The position numbers and the translations under genes were made by a program. Below, piece by piece: positions 56,665 through 64,000 of a DNA stretch of 64,000 nucleotides; within the stretch, counting starts at the first letter, position 1; each line of letters starts with the position of its first letter. Source of the DNA: an uncultured Christensenellaceae bacterium (GTDB taxonomy: Bacteria; Bacillota; Clostridia; Christensenellales; SZUA-584); contig CAYTUG010000009.1 of assembly GCA_964441275.1 (NCBI GenBank), positions 617-64,616 of the forward strand, written 5' to 3'. The notes beneath the pieces are model-generated. The model was not told the origin of the DNA, did not search any database, and saw nothing but the letters and a program-made list of their open reading frames with translations.

Positions 56665-57855
56665 ATGACAAAAATAAAAATTAACGATAAATGCACCGGG
56701 TGCAAGCTGTGCATTAAGGCTTGCCCTTTCGGAGCAATTGAAGTAAAAGATAAAAAGGCAGTAATACTCGACAACTGCACTTTATGCGGCGTTTGCGTTT
56801 CTTCTTGCAAGTTCGGCGCAATAGATTTTGAGAAAGACGAACCCGAAAACGATATTGATGTTTCCGCCTACAAAGGCGTATGGGTATTTGCCGAGCGATC
56901 CGGTAAAACCGCCGCATGTGTTGCTTTAGAATTGCTTGGCGAAGGCAAAAAGTTAGCCGACCGGCTAGGGGTTCAGCTTTCTGCGGTTCTGTTGGGAGCC
57001 TGCGCAGACCAAACGGCGCAGCTTTTAATAGCGCACGGTGCGGACAATGTTTATCTTGTTGAGCACCCGGCGCTTGAACATTTTAACGACGAATCGTACT
57101 CGGACGTATTTGTTACGCTAATAAAAAAATACAGACCTGAGATAGTGCTTTTTGGCGCTACAACATACGGCCGCTCACTTGCTCCAAGAATTTCCTCGCG
57201 GCTAAACACGGGGCTTACCGCCGACTGCACCAAGTTAGAAATTGACCCTCAAAAAAGCATTCTTCTGCAAACGCGCCCCGCTTTCGGCGGCAATCTTATG
57301 GCTACAATCATTTGCCCGAATAAGCGTCCCCAAATGGCTACGGTGCGCCCCAAGGTCATGAAAGCTTTGCCTCCCGATTATTCCCGTACCGGCAACATTA
57401 TCAGGCCGGATGTAAAAATACCTTGCGGGCTATCCACTAAGGTTGTCGATATAGTTGCGGATTTAACGCAAATGGTTAACCTGACCGAGGCCGACATAAT
57501 AGTGTCCGGCGGGAGGGGGCTGGGAGATCCTAAATACTTTAGCTTGTTGGAAGAGTTGGCGAAGCTGTTGGGCGGCGCGGTAGGCGCTTCCCGCGCTGCA
57601 GTGGACGCCGGTTGGATAGAGTATTGTCATCAAGTGGGGCAAACGGGAAAAACCGTATGCCCGAAAGTATATTTTGCGTGCGGTATTTCAGGCGCGGTTC
57701 AGCACCTTGCGGGAATGTCGTCGTCCGATACGATAATTGCAATAAACAAAAACCCTGACGCTCCAATATTTAAAATTGCCACTTACGGTATAGTAGGCGA
57801 TGTGTTAAAGGTTGTACCCGCTTTAATCAACGAATTCAAAGCGCGTTTGGCTTAA
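56665..57855 (+). CDS. etfA: Electron transfer flavoprotein subunit alpha with N-terminal 2x[4Fe-4S] ferredoxin domain
   Basis: N-terminal CTGCKLCIKACP and CTLCGVCVSSC motifs, followed by a canonical EtfA region (...SGGRGLG...AVGASRAAVDAGW...QVGQTGKTV.P.VYFACGISGAVQH). Confidence 0.9.
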   Translation: MTKIKINDKCTGCKLCIKACPFGAIEVKDKKAVILDNCTLCGVCVSSCKFGAIDFEKDEPENDIDVSAYKGVWVFAERSGKTAACVALELLGEGKKLADRLGVQLSAVLLGACADQTAQLLIAHGADNVYLVEHPALEHFNDESYSDVFVTLIKKYRPEIVLFGATTYGRSLAPRISSRLNTGLTADCTKLEIDPQKSILLQTRPAFGGNLMATIICPNKRPQMATVRPKVMKALPPDYSRTGNIIRPDVKIPCGLSTKVVDIVADLTQMVNLTEADIIVSGGRGLGDPKYFSLLEELAKLLGGAVGASRAAVDAGWIEYCHQVGQTGKTVCPKVYFACGISGAVQHLAGMSSSDTIIAINKNPDAPIFKIATYGIVGDVLKVVPALINEFKARLA

Positions 57856-57930
57856 ATGATAAGCCGCACTGCACGAAACGTCGTTTTTCGGAAACGTAGC
57901 GTTTAGCGTGTGCGATGGAAAGCGTAACGG

Positions 57931-60900
57931 TTAACTCTCGTTGGCCGCTTGTTCTTTTTTTATGTAACAGCCGCCAATATCGTGCAAAAAATACAGCAAC
58001 GCATCGAGCGCCTTGTGCCTTGGCGCCTGAAACACAATAAAGGGCGGCTCCGCAGACCTTAGCTGTGCATCGGGATATTTCTTAAGTTTCCTCAACAGCG
58101 CATTGGCGTCTATTTCGCAATGTTGTGCATATTTTAAAACAAATGTGTAACCGTTGCGCACTACCGAACTAAACCCGGCTTTTGAGGCGCAATACTTAAC
58201 AACCGATATCAGCAAAAGGTTCTCCACCGGGCGCGGCGGTTTTCCGTAACGGTCTATCAATTCTTCTTTTAGCTGTTTTGCGCTGCGCGCACCCTCAATT
58301 GCAGCTATTCTTTTATAGATTTCTATCCGCTGCATATCATCGGCAATATATCCGGCAGGCACATGCGCATCAAGCTTTATCTCGACCGACGTTTCGGAAG
58401 GCCGTTCAATACGCTCGCCCTTTATTTCGGCCACAGCTTCGCGCATAAACCTGCAATACATATCGTAGCCTACCGCCGCCATTTGCCCCGATTGCTCCGG
58501 CCCTAAAAGGTTGCCTGCCCCTCTTATCTCTAAGTCTCTCATCGCTATTTTAAACCCTGCTCCAAGCTCGGTAAATTCTGCAATGGTCGCAAGCCTTTTT
58601 TCCGCCTCGGGAGTCATCTTTGACCCGGGAAGATAAGTCAAATAAGCGTAGGAGTTTTTTTCTGCCCGCCCGACGCGCCCTTTAATCTGATACAGTTGTC
58701 CTAAACCGAATTTATCCGCTTCGTAAATAATTACAGTATTAACATTTGGTATGTCTATCCCCGATTCTATTATGGTGGTACACAAAAGCACATCGTATTT
58801 GCGCGATAAAAAGTCTACCATCACGTCTTCGATTACATTATCGCTCATTCGGCCATGCGCCATGGCAACCCGCGCTTGCGGAACATGCTTGCCAAGCTCT
58901 TTTGCAAGCCTATCCATAAGCTCTATACGCCTGCACACAAAATAGGTTTGGCCACCGCGCCGCATTTCGCGCAAAACGGCATCGCGAATAAGCGTATGGC
59001 TGTATTCTAACACATAGCTTTCGGGCGGCTTGCGCTCTTCCGGCGGCGTATCTATCATGCTAAGATCGCGCATCCCCGTAAGCGCCATCTGCAACGTGCG
59101 GGGGATAGGAGTTGCGGAAAGGGTTAATACGTCTATGTGCCGCTTAATATCCTTTATGCGCTCCTTGTGCGAAACCCCAAACCGCTGTTCTTCGTCTATC
59201 ACGAGCAACCCCAAGTTTAGAAATTTTATGTCCGGGGACAGCAGTTTGTGCGTGCCTATAAGTATATCCACTGTTCCGGCAGATACGCCGGCAAGTATGC
59301 GCTTTAGCTCTGATGCGCTTGTATAGCGCGATACGGTTTCTATCGTTACTGCGAATTGCGAAAAGCGTTCGGCAAACGTGTTATGGTGCTGCCTTGCAAG
59401 CAATGTTGTCGGGACAAGCACGGCGCACTGGCGTTCTTCCATAACCGCTTTGAAACAAGCCCTCATGGCCACCTCGGTTTTTCCGTACCCTACATCGCCC
59501 AAAAGCAGCCTGTCCATAATTTTTTCGCTTTGCATGTCGTTTTTTATATCTATAATGCTTTTCTGCTGCCCTTCGGTTTCTTCATACGTAAATGCGTCCT
59601 CAAACTGTTTTTGCCAAAGGGTATCAGGGCCATAGCTGTAACCCTTTTTTACAAGGCGCTCGCTATATATGGAAACAAGGTCTTGCGCAAGCTTTTTCAC
59701 CGCTTTTTTTACACGCGCTTTTGTTCGGCTCCATTCGCGCCCGCCTAATTTGCTGAGACTTTCGCCTTCTCCGCCCAAATATTTTTGTATTCTGTCTATC
59801 TGGTCGGTCGGGATGAACAATTTATCGTTATTGCGGTATAGCAGTTCGATATAATCTCTTGAAACATTTTGTACACTGCGCTTAACAAGCCCTAAAAAAC
59901 GTCCTTTGCCGTGAATGTCATGCACAACTATATCGCCCGGTTTCAAGTCGGTAAACACGTCAAGATGTTTTCCCGAAGCCGCAGACTTTTTCTTTCTTAC
60001 GTACCCGTAAATATCTTTTTCGCCTAAAAAATACGCTTTTTGCTCGCAAAGTTCAAACCCCGCAAACAGCTTATGCTCAAATGTGCCCGCCTCGCCTTTG
60101 TTAAGCGCCCTGTTGTTTTGGATATACGGCGCCGCAAGTTTATCGTCCGTCAGCTCAGCGGAAAGGCGCTGGGCGCGCGATGCGTTTGCGCAGTAAAGAT
60201 ATATGCGCCAACCCGCGGCGGCGCGCTCTTTAATGTCCTTTTGCATAAAGCTGATGCTGCGGTTATACGCAACGGCATTCTTAGTGCTGAGCGTTATTTG
60301 CGATTTTACTTCAAGCGGAGATTTAGCTATAGCGCATAGGTCAATAACTGTGTTATTTAAAGATTGAACATACTCATGCGAAAAATAAAGAGAGCTTTGC
60401 TCCGGCAAAGCCTCCTGCTCGTCAATCAAATCCATAAGCCTTGATGTAAAATCCTGTTCGCGCTGTTTTGCCGCTGCCTTAACATGTTTATAATCGTCAT
60501 AAATATATATTGCGGCGTTTAAATAATCAGCAAGGCAATGCTCGCAAAATAAATGTGCGTAGTTTTCTATATCTTCAAAATATCTGCGGTTGGAAAGCTG
60601 GCTTACGTAATGATTATACCGTGCCGATAACTGCGCATTTATTGCCCGGGCGCTTGAGAAAAATTCTATTCCTTTTTTTGCGGACGATTCGTTAATCGCC
60701 AACTCAACCGCGGGCGGAAAACAAGCTGAGGTTAATTCCTCACGTCCCCGGCGCTGGCTGACAGGGTCAAATGTGCGGATACTTTCAATCAGGACATCAA
60801 AAAAATCTAAACGGTAGGGCGCACAGGCGCCGGGGCAAAACACGTCTACTATTTCTCCGCGCCGCGCAACCTGACCTGCAGTTTCAACGGACGAAACGCG

Positions 60901-61371
60901 CTCATACCCGTTTAAAACCAAGTTTTGCACAAGTGCGGTTGGGTCGCAGCGCTCACCCTTGCTAGCAGTAATATGCGCGCCTTTAAAATCGTCAACGGGC
61001 ACAAGCCGGGCAGCAAGCGCTTCCTCGCTTAAAAACACCGTTTTTGCACTGCCCGCCAAAAGCTTTGAAATGCCGTTAATACGTGCAAACATATTATCTC
61101 TGCTGCGCGCATAACTTGGTCTTAATTGCAAAGCTCTGCGCGGCAGATAAACCGCGCCATCAAAGACGCTTGAATAGCTTTGCGCAATTTCATCCGTTGC
61201 GCACACAAATACAACCGTACGATTTGTATTTTTGGATAAAGCTTGGGCAATGTGTGGCTTAACGCTGTCCGCAACGCCATAAAGAGCGCAAGGCACAAGC
61301 TTTTGGTCGAGCGCTTTTTGCAGCTGCAGAAACGCCTGCGTATTATTTATGTGCTGTTCAATATGTGTCAT
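57931..61371 (-). CDS. mfd: Transcription-repair coupling factor Mfd
   Basis: 1146 aa. SF2 helicase motifs (GDVGYGKTEVA, DEEQRFG), a CarD-like region (GDIVVHDIHGKGRF) and a TRCF C-terminal domain. Confidence 0.97.
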   Translation of the reverse strand: MTHIEQHINNTQAFLQLQKALDQKLVPCALYGVADSVKPHIAQALSKNTNRTVVFVCATDEIAQSYSSVFDGAVYLPRRALQLRPSYARSRDNMFARINGISKLLAGSAKTVFLSEEALAARLVPVDDFKGAHITASKGERCDPTALVQNLVLNGYERVSSVETAGQVARRGEIVDVFCPGACAPYRLDFFDVLIESIRTFDPVSQRRGREELTSACFPPAVELAINESSAKKGIEFFSSARAINAQLSARYNHYVSQLSNRRYFEDIENYAHLFCEHCLADYLNAAIYIYDDYKHVKAAAKQREQDFTSRLMDLIDEQEALPEQSSLYFSHEYVQSLNNTVIDLCAIAKSPLEVKSQITLSTKNAVAYNRSISFMQKDIKERAAAGWRIYLYCANASRAQRLSAELTDDKLAAPYIQNNRALNKGEAGTFEHKLFAGFELCEQKAYFLGEKDIYGYVRKKKSAASGKHLDVFTDLKPGDIVVHDIHGKGRFLGLVKRSVQNVSRDYIELLYRNNDKLFIPTDQIDRIQKYLGGEGESLSKLGGREWSRTKARVKKAVKKLAQDLVSIYSERLVKKGYSYGPDTLWQKQFEDAFTYEETEGQQKSIIDIKNDMQSEKIMDRLLLGDVGYGKTEVAMRACFKAVMEERQCAVLVPTTLLARQHHNTFAERFSQFAVTIETVSRYTSASELKRILAGVSAGTVDILIGTHKLLSPDIKFLNLGLLVIDEEQRFGVSHKERIKDIKRHIDVLTLSATPIPRTLQMALTGMRDLSMIDTPPEERKPPESYVLEYSHTLIRDAVLREMRRGGQTYFVCRRIELMDRLAKELGKHVPQARVAMAHGRMSDNVIEDVMVDFLSRKYDVLLCTTIIESGIDIPNVNTVIIYEADKFGLGQLYQIKGRVGRAEKNSYAYLTYLPGSKMTPEAEKRLATIAEFTELGAGFKIAMRDLEIRGAGNLLGPEQSGQMAAVGYDMYCRFMREAVAEIKGERIERPSETSVEIKLDAHVPAGYIADDMQRIEIYKRIAAIEGARSAKQLKEELIDRYGKPPRPVENLLLISVVKYCASKAGFSSVVRNGYTFVLKYAQHCEIDANALLRKLKKYPDAQLRSAEPPFIVFQAPRHKALDALLYFLHDIGGCYIKKEQAANES

Positions 61372-61374
61372 ATT

Positions 61375-61977
61375 TTAATTATAGTTGTTTTGCGCTTCGT
61401 TTACTCCGGCTTTTAGTATCGTTTCCACTGCGTCAGCCGCTTTTAAAAGCGTTTCGAATGCAGCGTTTTTATCGCTATGTTCGGACATTACGTAATCAAC
61501 TATATCGCTTTTCGGCTTGCCTATTCCGACTCTCACTCTTGCAAAATCATCTGTGTTGAGCGAATAGATTACAGACTTCATACCGTTGTGAGAGCCCGCG
61601 CCGCCGCTCGATTTAACCCTTACCGCGCCCGATTTTATATCTACATCGTCGTATATCAATATAAGCTGGCAGGCGCGCACGCCAAGCGATTTTGAAATAG
61701 CTTTTACGCTTTCGCCCGAGCGGTTCATATACGTCTGCGGCATACAAAGCAAAACCTTATTCGCGCCTATTTTGCCTTTCCCTATTTTTGCACCGTATTT
61801 ATGAATATTTAAGCTGATGCCGTGACGCTGTGCAAGCACCGACACCACGTCAAACCCGGCATTGTGCCTTGTGTGTGCGTATTTGTTCCCCGGGTTGCCA
61901 AGCCCTATTATATAAAAATCTGCCGCCAAATCGGCGGCGGCTTTTCCGCGTTTGAAAGCGGCAAATAATCTGCGCAT
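61375..61977 (-). CDS. pth: Peptidyl-tRNA hydrolase
   Basis: IIGLGNPGNKYAHTRHNAGF signature. ATG 61977 is preceded by GGAGGG and gives about a 20-aa N-terminal extension relative to typical Pth; an internal TTG start is possible. Confidence 0.9.
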   Translation of the reverse strand: MRRLFAAFKRGKAAADLAADFYIIGLGNPGNKYAHTRHNAGFDVVSVLAQRHGISLNIHKYGAKIGKGKIGANKVLLCMPQTYMNRSGESVKAISKSLGVRACQLILIYDDVDIKSGAVRVKSSGGAGSHNGMKSVIYSLNTDDFARVRVGIGKPKSDIVDYVMSEHSDKNAAFETLLKAADAVETILKAGVNEAQNNYN

Positions 61978-62003
61978 GTGCCCTCCGCTCTGTTGCCGGT
62001 TTT

Positions 62004-63374
62004 TTATTTTTCTTCCCGCCTTCTTTTTGCCCACCCGGGTATCGTGCGCTGGCGGGAACGCGCAACACACAAAGCATCAGGTTCGACATCGGTGGTCACC
62101 GTAGAGCCGGCGGCGACGTACGCCCCCTCGCCTACTGTAACCGGGGCAATAAGGTTAACGTTACATCCTACAAACGCATTTTTGCCAACTGCGGTAAAGC
62201 CCTTTTTCTTTCCGTCATAGTTGACAAAAACAACTCCGCATCCTATGTTGGCGTTCTCGCCTATCTCTCCGTCGCCAACGTACGAGAGATGCGAAACTTT
62301 TGCGCCGTCCATTATATTGCAGTTCTTAACCTCCACAAAATCGCCTATGCGGCATCCGTTTCCTACTGTGCTGTTTGGTCTAAGGTAGGCGTAGGGCCCT
62401 ATCGTTGAGCCGTTTCCGACAACCGATTGCAAGATAACGGAGTTTTGCACTACCGTATCGCAACCTATAACGCTGTCGCTGATTCGGCTGCCCGGGTATA
62501 ATACCGCGCCCTGTTTTATTTTGGTGCTGCCTTCAAGAATAACCCCCGGATATATTGTCACATCCTGTTCAACCTCAACGCCCGCATCAATGTATGTATT
62601 TTGCGGGTCTATCAGGGTTACTCCGTCTATCATAAGGTTGTTGTTTATCCTTTCGCGCAGCATCTTTGCCGCAACCGAAAGCTGCAACTTATCGTTTACC
62701 CCTAAGCCCTCGCTGCTTTCTTCTAAAACTACCGCGTCAACCGGGTTTCCCTTTCTTGAGATGTATTCAATACAATCGGTAAGATAATATTCGTTCTGCG
62801 AGTTTTCGTTTTTGATATTGCTCAGCGCTTCGACAAGCAACGGAATATTAAAACAGTATACCGACAGGTTTACCTCCCGGATTTTCTTCTGTTCGTCTGT
62901 GGCGTCAGAGTGCTCGACTATACGCAAAACTCCGGTTTTGTCCCTTAATATGCGCCCGTACCCTGCGGGGTTGTCTGCAAGCGCTGTAAGCAGGCACACG
63001 CCAAGCCTTTCGCTCTTTGCCTTATTGGCCAACATCTTGAGCGTTTTGGGGCGTATAAGAGGCATATCTGCGGCTATTATCAGGACGTAGCCGTCTCCGA
63101 CAAGGTGTTCGCTTGCGCATTTAACCGCATGCCCGGATCCAAGAGGCTGTTCCTGTACGGCATAAATTACCCGGCTGCCAAACAGCTTTGAAAATTTTTC
63201 TGTATCCGGGTTGGTAACTAAAATTGGGGCTGACCCTGTCGCCTCGGCGGCAGACTCAACAACCCATTCGCAAAGCGCCTTGCCCGCCAATCGGTGCAAT
63301 ACCTTTTGAAGCGATGATTTCATTCTTTTGCCCTGACCTGCGGCAAGAACCACCGATAAGCAGCTATCTTTCAT
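62004..63374 (-). CDS. glmU: Bifunctional UDP-N-acetylglucosamine diphosphorylase / glucosamine-1-phosphate N-acetyltransferase
   Basis: VVLAAGQGKRMKS N-terminus and C-terminal left-handed beta-helix hexapeptide repeats. ATG 63374. Confidence 0.95.
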   Translation of the reverse strand: MKDSCLSVVLAAGQGKRMKSSLQKVLHRLAGKALCEWVVESAAEATGSAPILVTNPDTEKFSKLFGSRVIYAVQEQPLGSGHAVKCASEHLVGDGYVLIIAADMPLIRPKTLKMLANKAKSERLGVCLLTALADNPAGYGRILRDKTGVLRIVEHSDATDEQKKIREVNLSVYCFNIPLLVEALSNIKNENSQNEYYLTDCIEYISRKGNPVDAVVLEESSEGLGVNDKLQLSVAAKMLRERINNNLMIDGVTLIDPQNTYIDAGVEVEQDVTIYPGVILEGSTKIKQGAVLYPGSRISDSVIGCDTVVQNSVILQSVVGNGSTIGPYAYLRPNSTVGNGCRIGDFVEVKNCNIMDGAKVSHLSYVGDGEIGENANIGCGVVFVNYDGKKKGFTAVGKNAFVGCNVNLIAPVTVGEGAYVAAGSTVTTDVEPDALCVARSRQRTIPGWAKRRREEK

Positions 63375-63502
63375 TGTAACTCTCCGTAGTAAACTGATTA
63401 AAATAACAATGCGTTTTTCGCACATTAAATTTTAGCCAATATATTTTCGCATGTCAAACATTTAGCGGTACAAAAATGCCGCTTATTATACAAGTGAAAG
63501 GG

Positions 63503-64000
63503 CTATGCTTCCCCATAGCTTAAACCTATATCAAGCCCCACTTTAAGCAATTCGTCATCAAGCGGTATTGTCTTTGTTTTTCCTGCCACATCTTTTATAG
63601 AATTTGATGTGATCCGTCCGTCAACCACCGCCACAGACTGGCCAAACTGACGGTTTTTGATTAGCTTAGCGGCATAAACCCCCATTTGCGTTGCCAATAT
63701 TCTATCATACGGGCACGGCGCGCCGCCTCTTTGATAATGACCGGGGACGACCACGCGCGTATCAATATCTATTATCTTTGAAAGATCGTCAGCTATCTTG
63801 TAACCTATAGAATAATGCTGTCCCTTGAACAGTTTATCCTGTTCGTCATCCTTGCTGCGCGCACCTTCCGCAACCGCAATTATTGAAAAATGCTTACCGC
63901 TCTCGTAGCGTTCATTTATAACTTCGGCAACAGCGCAAATGTTGTACGCTATTTCGGGCAATAATATCACGTCTGCACCGCCTGCTATGCCTGCGCTTAA
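63503..64000 (-). CDS. pfkA: ATP-dependent 6-phosphofructokinase, C-terminal part (5' end beyond window)
   Basis: The frame stays open to the window edge (...LSAGIAGGADVILLPEI...). Contains the motif region VVVPGHYQRGG and the C-terminal PFK sequence. Confidence 0.8.
   Translation of the reverse strand, partial: LSAGIAGGADVILLPEIAYNICAVAEVINERYESGKHFSIIAVAEGARSKDDEQDKLFKGQHYSIGYKIADDLSKIIDIDTRVVVPGHYQRGGAPCPYDRILATQMGVYAAKLIKNRQFGQSVAVVDGRITSNSIKDVAGKTKTIPLDDELLKVGLDIGLSYGEA

Noticed and set aside
61375-63374. Absence of prs and ctc between glmU and pth, and the 20-aa N-terminal extension of Pth, as something unusual
   Set aside because: Gene order in this block varies among Firmicutes, and the extension may simply reflect a mis-chosen start, since an internal TTG is available. 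Neither is informative without comparative data.

Overview
This window looks like a chromosomal segment from an endospore-forming Firmicute, probably Clostridia-like. That call rests on spoIIR, sleB-ypeB, spo0A, a SipL-like DUF3794/LysM protein and an RsfA-like regulator. About 60 genes are densely packed and almost all are housekeeping.

Main blocks:
- spoIIR and sleB-ypeB.
- A complete V-type ATPase operon (G-I-K-E-C-F-A-B-D) directly downstream of rpiB-upp.
- A tight minus-strand chain: radC, GNAT, rqcP/yabO, fused ispDF, leuS, queT.
- rsmG-ispE, then metK, recD2-comFC, and the conserved yybS-gdpP-rplI-dnaB block.
- spo0A, ilvE, uppP-pepV, and two convergent tRNAs (Leu-GAG, Ala-GGC).
- A lipoprotein serpin, an acyl-CoA dehydrogenase with etfB-etfA, and glmU-pth-mfd.
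- A pfkA fragment at the right edge.

I see no rRNA, CRISPR array, intact mobile element, prophage or recognisable defence system.

The only clearly accessory or decaying patch is about 50.6-54.5 kb. It holds a truncated ABC-transporter gene fused to the last 24 codons of an IS30-like transposase and a second, more decayed copy of the same IS tail. Between the two tails lie a stand-alone LeuB/tartrate-dehydrogenase-like gene, a Pro/Thr-rich tandem-repeat membrane protein and a multiply frameshifted sortase-like pseudogene.

The most interesting unexplained signal is a roughly 210-nt GC-rich, apparently structured RNA candidate at 21.65-21.87 kb. It has a textbook sigma-A promoter, and its 5' and 3' ends pair just before a U-tract. 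I could not assign it to any RNA family by eye.

All calls come from reading the translated ORFs and the raw sequence. No searches were run, and start codons and RNA ends are hand-derived, so expect an error of a few nt.
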